In this document: in pieces, positions 1 to 9,400 of the stretch | Layout: each line of letters opens with the position of its first letter | Numbering within the stretch: the stretch's first letter is position 1 | Assembly (NCBI GenBank): GCA_964408265.1 | Contig: CAYOYU010000133.1 | Coordinates: 1-14,208 of the forward strand | DNA from: an uncultured Syntrophorhabdaceae bacterium | Lineage (GTDB): Bacteria > Desulfobacterota > Syntrophorhabdia > Syntrophorhabdales > Syntrophorhabdaceae | Reading direction: 5' to 3' | DNA length: 14,208 nucleotides | The notes under the pieces: model-generated | Told to the model about the DNA's origin: nothing | Databases searched by the model: none | Seen by the model: only the letters and a program-made list of their open reading frames with translations | Program-made: the position numbers and the translations under genes

Positions 1-47
1 CCACCCAGTGAACCCAAAGATTCAGCACAAGGCCGCCCCATCGCGCC

Positions 48-1103
48 CTATATTTTCACATTCCCTTTCTCATCCACTTCACCTATTCGCACCTTTCTGC
101 CCGCAGCCTCCCCGTCGTCCGTCAGAACAAAGGTCCCCACCACTTTGCTCTTCGGCTTTTTCAGGAAGGCTCCGTCGTTCCACACCTCCACGTCCTTCTT
201 CAGCAGCGATTTACCTTTATCCCGTTTCAAATCGGACAGGTTTTTCCGGTCCGCCTCATGGGTATGGCCGAAGATAAAGACATCGGGGTTCTTCTTCCTG
301 AAGTAGTATAGGTACATCTCTATGGCGCTCAGCATTTCGTCGTCAATAGGATCATTCCTGATACTTCCGAAGATGTCCAGGATGGAACTTATCTTCTTGT
401 GAATTGTGTCAACCGTACTCCGGGTGCCTTTCACGAATGAGACCGCGCTTGCTGCCGCCTGATATTGAGCGGTCCTGATGAAGAAGCCTCTCACCGCCTT
501 TGCCACATTTCCATGTTCCTCTTCGATCAGCTTCTCCAGGTCCTTGAACAGGGTCTGTTTCTCATCGAGGTAGTGGCCGTGTGTCACCATGACCGTACGG
601 CCGGCCAGGTCAAAGGAGTAGTCCGGATAAATCACGCTGAAGATGTTTCGGAGCTTTACCGGTGCTATGCCGCTGATAAAGGGTTGCGCAAATTCAGCCT
701 CCATGAGTGGAAGGTTTGTTGGCACTACCCCTTCCGACAGGGGCTCCACAAAGGCCCGGTTGGTGGACAGGATGTTCCAGATAATGTAATCGTGGTTTCC
801 GGGTATATAGACAATCCTGTTGACCCGGAACAGGTCGTCAGCAAAAAGGTGTTCCAGCCATCCCCGGAAACCAATCTGCTTCGGCCATCCCTCTGAGCCT
901 CTGGTCGCCTTCCCGCCTTCTATCGCCATAGTCAGGGAGGATATGTTACCATCAAGCACATCGCCTGCAAGGATCAATTCCTCCGCGGATCCAAGACTCC
1001 TCAGAAGATCTCTCAGACCTGAAGCCACAGCCCGGGAGTAGAGCGAACAATCGGGATCTCCGAAATGCAAATCAGAAAGTATCAGTCTCTTGGCCATTGG
1101 CAT
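48..1103 (-). CDS. Calcineurin-like metallophosphoesterase (351 aa)
   Basis: The translation carries the full set of metallophosphatase metal-binding motifs in order: LSDLHFGD (D-x-H), AGDVLDG (GD-x-x-D), PGNHD (GNHD/E), VTHGH and FGHTHE. The ORF is uninterrupted. The reverse-complement SD GGAGGA at 1104-1109 abuts the first ATG (1103) and sits 6 nt from the second ATG (1097), so the true start is probably 1097 (MAKRLIL...). Motif assignment is by eye, not by HMM search. Confidence 0.85.
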   Translation of the reverse strand: MPMAKRLILSDLHFGDPDCSLYSRAVASGLRDLLRSLGSAEELILAGDVLDGNISSLTMAIEGGKATRGSEGWPKQIGFRGWLEHLFADDLFRVNRIVYIPGNHDYIIWNILSTNRAFVEPLSEGVVPTNLPLMEAEFAQPFISGIAPVKLRNIFSVIYPDYSFDLAGRTVMVTHGHYLDEKQTLFKDLEKLIEEEHGNVAKAVRGFFIRTAQYQAAASAVSFVKGTRSTVDTIHKKISSILDIFGSIRNDPIDDEMLSAIEMYLYYFRKKNPDVFIFGHTHEADRKNLSDLKRDKGKSLLKKDVEVWNDGAFLKKPKSKVVGTFVLTDDGEAAGRKVRIGEVDEKGNVKI

Positions 1104-1144
1104 TCCTCCTTCAAAAGCCCTTCAGGGCGCATAAGGCGTGAAAA

Positions 1145-2275
1145 TCAGCCTGCCAGATTGATAGGTATGGAGATCCCGTCACAGAAATGGTAACGATGCT
1201 TTGGCTGCTCTACAGCCTCCTCGGCGAGAAATGAATCAAGCATGGCCGTCAACCCCTTCTCCCCTTCGCGGTTCGTCATGTACACGTCGTATCCCTCGCC
1301 GGCCCGGGCCTGGGACAGCCATGTGAGCACATCACGATGAGGGATGCCGTGTTTGCCGTTTCCTGAGATCACATAGCGGTCAGCCGTGACCTTTTTGAAG
1401 AAGTCGGGATCAACGCTATGACTGCTCCCGTGGTGCTGGACTTTGAGCAGATCCACATGTATCATGCCCTTGCCGTCCAATAGCCCTGCTGTCCGCAAGC
1501 CTTTCAGAATCAGGTCCCCCCCTGCATCGCCGGTGAGGAGCATGCGAACCGGGGGATTCGTTGCAGTAAATTCTGCAAGGACCACGATGCTTGACAGGTT
1601 GGGAACCGTGCGGTTGAGGTAGTCTGCTGCTATCGATTCCGGCTTTGCCGTGCCTTTCTCCTTAGCTCTCTTCCAGGAGGCCTCCAGTTCGTCCAGTTCG
1701 GTTTGATGGGGACCCAGTATGGTAAAGATCAGCTTGTCGGCAATTTTGATGAGTTTCTTGCCGCTACCCGGGGCCTTAACAAGCCCGCCATCCGTTTCGG
1801 CATTGATCGGGATGCCGAGTTGCGCGGCCGATACCCGCAGACTATTCCCCTGGGGTACGCTTGCAACAACAGCGGCAACCTCCCTGCATAGCCCTTCCGG
1901 CACTGTCCCATCAAGGGAAGCAGCTACAATGCCGGACTCAACAGCTGCTTTGTGCCCGTGCGAGAGATCCTTGAAACTGTTGTGCCATAGAGAACGGATG
2001 CGGTATTTCGGCGACTCTCCGTCACTCTGTTTTTCTGCGAGGCTTTTGAAAAGGTCGACTATTCCCGTTATGTGGTCGGCATCGATATGGCTGACCATTA
2101 CCAGCCGCAGATCAAGCTGCTCGCTCCCGGCCCGCAGTTGCTCCAATCGCCCCTTCAGCACCTTTGAATAGATGCCGGCGGGGCCTCCATCAATGAGAAT
2201 CAGCTCCCCATCGCCATACTGCAAAAGTAAACAGTCGCCGTCATTTGCCTGCAAAACCTCAAACTGAAGACTCAT
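1145..2275 (-). CDS. Metallo-beta-lactamase-fold hydrolase, ComEC/Rec2 C-terminal-domain-like (standalone, 376 aa)
   Basis: The N-terminal region LLLQYGDGELILIDGG...LVMVSHIDADHITG has the ComEC-type H-x-D-x-D-H variant of the MBL motif. Downstream, LLKVQHHGSSHSV and ISGNGKHGIPHRDVL match the conserved HHGS and GxxxxHPxxxVL blocks of ComEC-like MBL domains. No membrane or competence-channel domain is present. The SD GGAGGG lies 5 nt upstream of the ATG. The stop of the upstream subtilase gene is 15 bp away, consistent with translational coupling. Confidence 0.8.
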   Translation of the reverse strand: MSLQFEVLQANDGDCLLLQYGDGELILIDGGPAGIYSKVLKGRLEQLRAGSEQLDLRLVMVSHIDADHITGIVDLFKSLAEKQSDGESPKYRIRSLWHNSFKDLSHGHKAAVESGIVAASLDGTVPEGLCREVAAVVASVPQGNSLRVSAAQLGIPINAETDGGLVKAPGSGKKLIKIADKLIFTILGPHQTELDELEASWKRAKEKGTAKPESIAADYLNRTVPNLSSIVVLAEFTATNPPVRMLLTGDAGGDLILKGLRTAGLLDGKGMIHVDLLKVQHHGSSHSVDPDFFKKVTADRYVISGNGKHGIPHRDVLTWLSQARAGEGYDVYMTNREGEKGLTAMLDSFLAEEAVEQPKHRYHFCDGISIPINLAG

Positions 2276-2290
2276 TTCACCCTCCTTTTT

Positions 2291-4183
2291 TTAGACGGAT
2301 TGCAGCGCGCGCAATACATCCAGCATTCCCGAGCCCTGAAACCGGGGCTCCCGTCCCAGGTCCGTCGCACTCTTGCAGAGGATCTCCTTTATCCGGTTGG
2401 GCTGCCCCTGAAGCTCCCGGTGCCGTGCCATGAGCAGTGCGGCTGCCCCGCTCACGTGCGGCGCTGCCATGCTCGTCCCGTCCATTGTCTCGTAGTACCC
2501 GTTGAGCGAACAGGAATCGATACGTTCACCGGGGGCAACCAGATCCGGTTTAGTCCTGCCGTCGCCCGTAGGCCCGCGACTCGAAAAGTATGAGACGCCG
2601 TAATTGTGAGGCATGAACCTGTGCGTGGAGCCAACGGTTATCACGCTGTCCGCGTTGCCCGGGTCGGTGATGCTGATATAACGATAGTCCCCCATGGCGC
2701 CGTCTTCCGAATGAGCGAGCTTGTTGAAGCCCCTGTTCCCCGCAGCCGTGACGACAACGACACCGCCGGCCACCACCCTCTCACACTCCTCGCAAACCGG
2801 CGTGCGGCCACAGGCATAGTTGGCAACGTCATGCGGCACCGACATACTCAGATTCACACCCTGGACCTCCATCAGGTCTTTATGGGCATTGAGGTTCCTC
2901 ACGAACTGAAGGGCGGCCATCACGGTAAACTCGTCGCCGTCTTCTCCGATGACTCTCATATCGTACAGCTCCAGGTCGGGACATATCCCGCACACTTCCT
3001 GTTCCAATGCCGTATCCTCCGCCTCGGGCCAATTGGCTGCAAGAATTCCGGCGACGTGTGTTCCGTGGGGCTCCTTAGGAACCTCGTAGTTCCCATCGTG
3101 AGGTATGCGCAGAAACGGTTCGATCAGGTTCCAGTCAATTGCCCGCCCCCGAAGCAGATTATGTTTTAGATCTTCATGCAGTTCCTTTAGTTCGGCAGGA
3201 TCCAGGCTCGCTGCTGCCGTCTTGTCAGCCCGAATCTCCGTATCCGGGTCCAGAAGGTCCTTGATCCTCAGAAAATCATAGGTCCGGACCACCCGCGTCG
3301 AATACGGGAACGTGCCTTTGCTCTTCTCATCGCCATTCATGACAGGCTTCCTGTCAGCATCCCGCCGGGCAAAGGCAGGATGGGTGGCATCGATGCCGGT
3401 ATCCAGGACAGCCCACCGGATGCCGGCTGTTTTGATGTCAAAAAGCCGGCACGCGGCATCTGCCTTGACCGCCATTCGGGAGCGCCATACGCTGGTTCCC
3501 GCCTTGCGGTTGAGATTGACCGAAAAGAGGAGGCCACGTTTTTCATGGGGCGCAGGCAAGCCCTGAAAGAGGTCGGCAAAGGCCTCCACCTGGGCCTGGG
3601 CCGGTTTACCGTCTTTCATGACAGTAGTACAGGAATCGGAATCGGCACCCACGGCCTGCCGGTCGCATTCAATGGCCCCGGCGATGACGATGAGCTTCTT
3701 CAGCAACTTAAAATCTCCCGCTTGCTTCTCGATTCCGATGAGACGGTAATCGTCGGGAAGAACGGCAAACTGGACAAGATTGGTACGGGTCCACTCGCGT
3801 CCGATAGGAGCAACAGCCCGGGCCCACCAGTCGGTGAGCGGCATGGCCACCCGCATCATCTCCCTGAAGGAAAAGTAGGCCAATACGACGGACTCGTTAA
3901 AGAGGATCCTGGCTCGTTTCCCTTCCGCAGGCCCCTTGCTTTCCGGTGCCCCGTTGCCTGCTGAAAGCGCCTGCTCCTCCTTCAGACGTTCACGCAGCGC
4001 CCGGGCAAGTGAAGCCGCATCCGACCGGCTGTGCGGCGTAAGAAGGAGTTCGAAGCGTTCGTTCGGGCTATTCCCGTAAGCGATCCATACATCCGGCAGG
4101 ATTGGAAAATCCTGGGTAAACCGTCTCTGTTGATCTGCCCTTCCATAAAACAATTCTTCCACCTGCTCTCGTTTCATGGTCAC
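2291..4183 (-). CDS. S8 subtilisin-like serine peptidase with ~250-aa N-terminal extension and no signal peptide (630 aa)
   Basis: The subtilase catalytic residues sit in canonical sequence blocks: Asp in WAVLDTGID, His in HGTHVAGILAA, the oxyanion Asn in VTAAGNRG and Ser in GTSMAAPHVSGAAALL. About 110 aa separate the Asp and His blocks, which is longer than in classical subtilisins. The N-terminus (MTMKREQVEELFYGRADQQRRF) is hydrophilic, so no secretion signal is apparent. The annotated start is GTG (4181-4183). An ATG at 4175-4177, preceded by GAGGTGA, is an alternative start. Confidence 0.85.
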   Translation of the reverse strand: MTMKREQVEELFYGRADQQRRFTQDFPILPDVWIAYGNSPNERFELLLTPHSRSDAASLARALRERLKEEQALSAGNGAPESKGPAEGKRARILFNESVVLAYFSFREMMRVAMPLTDWWARAVAPIGREWTRTNLVQFAVLPDDYRLIGIEKQAGDFKLLKKLIVIAGAIECDRQAVGADSDSCTTVMKDGKPAQAQVEAFADLFQGLPAPHEKRGLLFSVNLNRKAGTSVWRSRMAVKADAACRLFDIKTAGIRWAVLDTGIDATHPAFARRDADRKPVMNGDEKSKGTFPYSTRVVRTYDFLRIKDLLDPDTEIRADKTAAASLDPAELKELHEDLKHNLLRGRAIDWNLIEPFLRIPHDGNYEVPKEPHGTHVAGILAANWPEAEDTALEQEVCGICPDLELYDMRVIGEDGDEFTVMAALQFVRNLNAHKDLMEVQGVNLSMSVPHDVANYACGRTPVCEECERVVAGGVVVVTAAGNRGFNKLAHSEDGAMGDYRYISITDPGNADSVITVGSTHRFMPHNYGVSYFSSRGPTGDGRTKPDLVAPGERIDSCSLNGYYETMDGTSMAAPHVSGAAALLMARHRELQGQPNRIKEILCKSATDLGREPRFQGSGMLDVLRALQSV

Positions 4184-4313
4184 CTCACCATATTGGTTTC
4201 AGTTACAGCCGCTACACACCACTCTCACAACCATCCCTGGAAGCCGGCTCACTCGATGTCAGGGCCTGTGCTCCACGCGTTCTGTTCCTCCTGAACGAAA
4301 ACTGTTCAGTCGT

Positions 4314-5393
4314 CTAGAGCCACCCGTCTCCGGTTTCGCGGTTAACAATGTCGTCCGCAATTGCCTGCAATCGCTCACCCGGCGGAAGCAGATGTCTCCC
4401 GAAGATGCCTCGCAAGAGCCTCCGGTATACCCTGCTTTGGGGAAAAACGAACTTGAAAGTGAGAAAATCAAATAGTTGCCAAACCTGAGGGCTACCCAGC
4501 CAATTGAGCGTATGTTCATCAAAGAGGCCATCGGGTATGGCGCCGACTCTCAAGAATGTTGCTTTCTGGACCTCAATCCGGTGTATTCCGGTTGGATTGA
4601 GCCAGCGAAAAGCAAAGAGCGGGGCATCAGTTCCTTTAATCCTGAGCTGTAGTGTGGTCTGAACCACCTGGTTGGAATCACTGATGCTGAGATAGGGAAT
4701 TTCCAAGGTGCCTCCGGATGGGGACAAGAGGAGAACCGTTCCGTCCGCATCGAAATGCTGTTCCCAGCGGAATACCTGGAACAAAAGTTCCAGATTCAGC
4801 ATATAGACGACCCCGGTGGTAGTCTCTCTCAGACAGGTACGTGCGTCCTTGGTTGCAAAAAACATCGCCACTCTGGGATCCAGAGTTAAATCGATGTACT
4901 CGTTCGACATGCCGAAGTGTCTTGCAATAGCTCGTTGTTGCTCTATAGACTTCTTCCCCATGTCGGGCACCTGCCTCTGTACCAGGGGATCGGCTTTGGC
5001 GCGCATCAGAAATTCGGCAGTCTTGGCAACTCTATCTGCCATGGCAGTATCCCGTTCACCTTCGTTCTCAGGAAGATCGCGGTAGATTGTCGGCATAACC
5101 GACCACTCCACACATGTCTGGCCACGGAAATAGAGGTAACCGAACCGCTTCGAAATATCCGGATCGACACCAAGTTCGCGCATGCGACGACGCTGATGTT
5201 TCAGCGTGTACTGCAACATCTTCATAGCACCATCGGCGGAATCGAAGCTTCGGATGGCTTGCACAACCCTTGAATTACCAAAGAAGTTTGTGTACGTTAG
5301 CGGCAGCCATCGGAAGCGAACGTTTGGCATGCGGAGACCGCCAACTGTCGTGATTGTTCCGTAATGATCATCGCTGTTTCCGCTCATCGGCAA
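4314..5393 (-). CDS. FRG-domain protein (359 aa)
   Basis: The conserved triplet that names the FRG domain is present in GYLYFRGQTCVEWSVMP. It is followed about 80 aa later by ARHFGMSNEYIDLTLDPRVAMFFA, which matches the second conserved block of the FRG family (QHxG..T.LLDWT....A.FFA pattern). The C-terminal ~130 aa are unassigned. The annotated start is TTG (5391-5393) with a GAGGAGGTG SD upstream. An ATG at 5385-5387 is an alternative start. Confidence 0.7.
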   Translation of the reverse strand: MPMSGNSDDHYGTITTVGGLRMPNVRFRWLPLTYTNFFGNSRVVQAIRSFDSADGAMKMLQYTLKHQRRRMRELGVDPDISKRFGYLYFRGQTCVEWSVMPTIYRDLPENEGERDTAMADRVAKTAEFLMRAKADPLVQRQVPDMGKKSIEQQRAIARHFGMSNEYIDLTLDPRVAMFFATKDARTCLRETTTGVVYMLNLELLFQVFRWEQHFDADGTVLLLSPSGGTLEIPYLSISDSNQVVQTTLQLRIKGTDAPLFAFRWLNPTGIHRIEVQKATFLRVGAIPDGLFDEHTLNWLGSPQVWQLFDFLTFKFVFPQSRVYRRLLRGIFGRHLLPPGERLQAIADDIVNRETGDGWL

Positions 5394-5451
5394 TGAACAC
5401 CTCCTCTCACATTCGGCAAGTCCTCGTGGGTGACACGGGGTTTACCCGGTT

Positions 5452-6207
5452 TCACCACTGCCTCTTTCCGGCATCTTCCCCTGCCGCGGGCATCGCAGGT
5501 TTCTTCATCACCAGACAACAAAGGGCCCCCGTGAAGCGCGTCCCCTCCACCGCAAAGTCCGACTGTCTCCCCAATGCTTCCATCTCCTCAGGTGAAAGAA
5601 AAGGTTCTTCAAAGGAGTGGAGCCACAGGAGCGCAAACCGGAAGCCTCCAAACTGTCTACGGACCTCCTCACCGATAGCTTTCGGCATTTCCCGAACCAG
5701 GTCATACATCAGGGCATAGCCGCCGGTCCTGATAACCCTGTACACCTCGGATAAGGCGTGGATGGAGTCCTTCCAGTGGTGAAGGGACCCGGTGGAAACA
5801 ACCGAATCAAATGAGCCGTCGGCGAAGGGCAGGTCGTTGGCACCGGAAACCCTTACTTCGATAGAACTCTCATACCCAGAGGCCTTTATGTTTTTCGCTG
5901 CCTGCACGACCATGGCCGGGGAAATGTCAACTCCCACCAGAACCGTATTGGGAAGGATTTTCCTTAAAGCAACAAGCAGGTGTCCGGGTCCGGTGCCGAT
6001 ATCGAGGATGCGTCCTGCTAATCCGTAATGAGCTATGTCTTGGGCCACAAGCTCATAGTGCCGGCGAAAAACCTCCGACTTACTGGCGGCGCTGTAGACA
6101 ACGCTGCTCGGCCAGGGAATTCCTTCAGGGTGAAACCGTTTAATGAGTTGTCGCCATCGAGTAGTCATGGTCTCCTGGCCGACGTGGGCGTGAGCGAAGC
6201 GCCCCAT
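5452..6207 (-). CDS. Class I SAM-dependent methyltransferase (small-molecule/protein type, 251 aa)
   Basis: Motif I RILDIGTGPGHLL is the G-x-G-x-G SAM-binding loop. An acidic residue ends beta-2 in LVGVDISPAM. Motif post-II/III is ANDLPFADGSFDSVVS, as in the Methyltransf_11/25 family. No DNA-MTase motifs (DPPY, PCQ, ENV) are present. An internal ATG at 6166-6168 is preceded by AGGAG (reverse complement of 6172-6176). The 6207 start has no SD, so the true start may be 6168 (MTTRWRQL...). Confidence 0.85.
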   Translation of the reverse strand: MGRFAHAHVGQETMTTRWRQLIKRFHPEGIPWPSSVVYSAASKSEVFRRHYELVAQDIAHYGLAGRILDIGTGPGHLLVALRKILPNTVLVGVDISPAMVVQAAKNIKASGYESSIEVRVSGANDLPFADGSFDSVVSTGSLHHWKDSIHALSEVYRVIRTGGYALMYDLVREMPKAIGEEVRRQFGGFRFALLWLHSFEEPFLSPEEMEALGRQSDFAVEGTRFTGALCCLVMKKPAMPAAGEDAGKRQW

Positions 6208-6496
6208 TTGGGGATGACGGAAATGGGACAGCGGACAGTCTCCAATTGCTTAGTGCCTCCCTCGTTTTCGAGTGATTGCTTCCATGTTCACACCTTGCCG
6301 AACCCCGCAGAGCAGGCTTCGCTTCCATGTTTACCAGTCAGAGAGTTACTTATTTATGGACATCCCCCTTGATCCCCCTATGGTACGTACATGCGGTAAG
6401 GGTCATTCTTTACCTTTCACCGCCTCACCTCTAATGATCCGCCGGAGCGCGGGTCAACTCTCCGTGCCTTCAGCGTCCATACATATTGTCATAACC
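6208..6496 (-). promoter_or_regulatory. 289-bp non-coding gap separating the flotillin/protease pair from the MTase-FRG-subtilase-MBL-phosphoesterase array; probable transcription-unit boundary/promoter
   Basis: It is the largest intergenic gap in an otherwise tightly packed co-directional array. It contains an inverted repeat cccattt-N11-aaatggg (6203-6227). On the minus strand, a TTGACC...17 nt...TTAGAG element is at best a weak sigma70-like match. No strong intrinsic terminator was seen. Confidence 0.3.
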
Positions 6497-9400
6497 CTAC
6501 TCGCATAACCCCATACTTCTCGCCCGTTTGATGTTATCACACATTCCGTATTCACATGCCTTCGTCCAATCGGAGCAGGCATTACCCTTCTCATTCAAAC
6601 CATAATACGAGATCCCTCTGTTGATATATGCCATAGGGTATTTGGGGTTGAACATGATGGCCCTGTCGTAATCGGCAATCGCCTCCCTATGTCTCTTCGA
6701 GAGCGTATAGGTGTAGCCCCTGCTCACAAGAGTCCTCACATCGCGGCTGTCTATCTCCAAAGCACGATTGAAATCAGCCAGGGAACGATCATAGTCGCCC
6801 TTTAACCCGTAAGCTTTGCCGCGCTCGGCATAGACTGCTGCGGTCGGCGGGGCAACTTTTAAAGCCTCTCCGAAATCTAAAATGGCCGCGTCAAAATTGC
6901 CCCTTTTGAACTGAAGGGTCCCGCGGGAGTAGTATGCCGCAGCCAGCCTCGGATCTATCTGGAGGGCCTTGTTGAAATCGGCCATGGCAAGATCCAATGC
7001 CTCGTTCCTGAGGTACATGTTGCCGCGGAAGCGGTATGCCTCGGTCAAACCGGGATCTATCTCAATAGCTTTCGTAACATCCGCTATGGCCTGATCTGTA
7101 TTTCCTTTCTTCTGGTATGCCACGCCCCTATAGAGATAGGCAAGGGAGGAATCCGGCTTAATCTCCAGCGCTTCGTCAAAATCGTATATTGCAAGGTCAT
7201 AATTACCTCGTTTTTGCTGAAGCTCCGCCCTCAGAAGGAATATCTTGAAATCGGCAGGATCTATCTCTATTGCCTTGTTGAGATCGGACAACGCTTTGTC
7301 CAGCTCATTTTTCAACATGTAGCTTGCTGCCCGCGCTAAATAGAGGGTGTGGTCCTTGGGGTTTATTTCGATGGCCTTTGCGTAATCAGTTATGGCACGA
7401 TCATGATCGCCTCGTTTCGAATGAATACTTCCCCTGCCGTGGTAGGGTCCCTCCTCCTGTGGGTCCAGTTCTATCGCTCTGTTGTAATCCCGCAGGGCAG
7501 ACTCATAATCGCCTGATTTCAAGTAGCTGTTTCCCCTGTTAATATAGGCTCCCGATGATTTCGGATCTATCTCGATTGCTTTGTTGCAGTCCCGGATCGC
7601 CAGGTCATATTCACCCTTCTTCTCCAGGGAGGCCGCCCTGTTTTGATAGGTATCATAATACCTCGGGTATATCTGGAGCGATGCATCATAACAGATGATC
7701 GCTTCATCATACCGGCCCATAAGGTGGTAAATGACCCCTTTGTTGTGCAAGGCTTTGAAGTAGAGGGAGTTGATTCTCAGAGCCGCCTCATGGTCTGCCA
7801 TGGCGCGGTCGTACTCTTTCTTCATCTTGTATGCCACTCCCCGCCGGTTGTACGCGATCACGTCCCGCGGATCAAGCTCTATGGCTTTACTGTAGTCCGC
7901 GATGCTGCTGTCGGTGTCCTGAAGGACCCGCATCAGACCCCGCATGTCGTAGGGGATATGGTAACCAGGGTTGGCGGCGATTGCCCGGTTCAGTTCTTCG
8001 ACGGCCTGTTCCATCATCGTGCTTATCCTGCGGATAGCCCCGGCTCTAAAGAGATGACGCGCAGTCTCACCACTTATCTTTCCGGACAAGGCATCTTCGG
8101 CGGCTATAACCAGCGGTTCCGCCAGCGTATTGAAAGGATCGGATTTTGAAATCTTCTCCAACTCGAAATAGGCATCACTAAAATTCCCGTTTGCTCCGGA
8201 AAGAATGGCCGGGAGGTCTTCGCCAAACTTCCCGGCAACAGCCACCTTATTCATTTTTACCGCTTCATAGTAATCCCTGCATGCTGAGTCGTACTGTCCC
8301 TTCTCCATGTGGACTTCACCGCGCAGGACATAGCCGAAGGCTGTCCTTGGGGCCATAGCCTCTATTGTGCGGAGGTCATAGGGTGCCAAATGGTAAGTTC
8401 CGGTGTCATGGTACGCATCCATCCGGCCGGGATAAGAACATGTGCCCGGTTCGCCCGGACAAAGGCTCACCTCTTTTGTGAACAGATTCAGCTTACCCTC
8501 CATTTCCTTCTGATCGGCCTTCCCGTCTTTGGAAAATAAGAGCGTATAGATGACCTCGACAGGCCCCTTATCGGGCTGTTGGAGAATGGTCGCTATACAG
8601 GTCGTCTTATCCTGGGCAAAGGAAGAAGAATCGAAGGGAAACTTCCTCTGTTCGAGCAGACTCCACTCCCTCTTGTATTTCTCTCCCAGTGCTGCAGGGG
8701 GACGGGCATACCTTTTGATGGTCAGTGAGGTACCACTCTGTCTGGCCTCTCCAATAGAGAGTGCGGCCACGTCCCAGACGGTTCGCCCTTCTTCTCTGAA
8801 GTAACCGAAGTTGAGCTTCACCACGGCATCCCGCGAAGCCTTTATGATACCCGAAGGGCAACGGAGGGAAAGGCGTCTTGATGCGTACGTGAGGTGTCTG
8901 CCGGGCAGGATGGAAATGGAAACGGTTGAAAACGCGGCGGGAAGCAGCTCTTTCATGGAGAAGAATTCTTCCCACTCCCGCATGGTCCCTTCATACGACA
9001 AGGAGATGAAATTTGTGAAAACCTTCAGATCAGGGATGTGCCCGCTGTCCATGGAACCCATCGGGCCCGTCCTCATCATGATCACAACACCCCCCGGCAC
9101 AGGAAGGCAAAAAGTCACAACTTTGACATCGCCATACTCTGCGAGCCAGGTTTTCACCAACCACTTCCTGTCGTAGGAATCCACAAAGAGGTATTCGTCC
9201 AGGGCTTTGCCCAGAGACGTTATCTTTGTCTTTTCGACTCCGGTGTACCTGTGGAGGGCAAACCCCTTGAGAATCGTATCCATGAATAATTTTGAATCAT
9301 TGCAGAATTCCTTCAGGCCGACGTTGTCAGGCTTACGGAGCAGCAAGAAGATGGTGGAGCCGATGGTACCGTATCTGAGCTGTCCGTCGTTGGGCAGCGA

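Noticed and set aside
4291-4309. Short hairpin ctgaac-N7-gttcag just downstream of the FRG stop codon as an intrinsic terminator
   Set aside because: It has only a 6-bp stem with 2 GC pairs and no following U-tract on the transcribed strand. That is not convincing as a rho-independent terminator, so read-through to the subtilase is likely.
4259-4531. 90-aa minus-strand ORF overlapping the 3' end of the FRG gene and the 130-bp gap
   Set aside because: It overlaps the FRG CDS in another frame, has no SD and shows no recognisable features. It is most likely spurious.
5452-6207. Restriction-modification (DNA methyltransferase) interpretation of the MTase
   Set aside because: Only the generic class I SAM-binding motifs are present. 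There is no DPPY/NPPY, PCQ/ENV or target-recognition-domain signature, and no adjacent endonuclease. It fits the small-molecule/protein MTase families better.
6400-6496. Terminator downstream of the protease-TPR gene (cggag-N10-ctccg)
   Set aside because: A 5-bp stem with no T-run. No canonical intrinsic terminator could be supported anywhere in the window.
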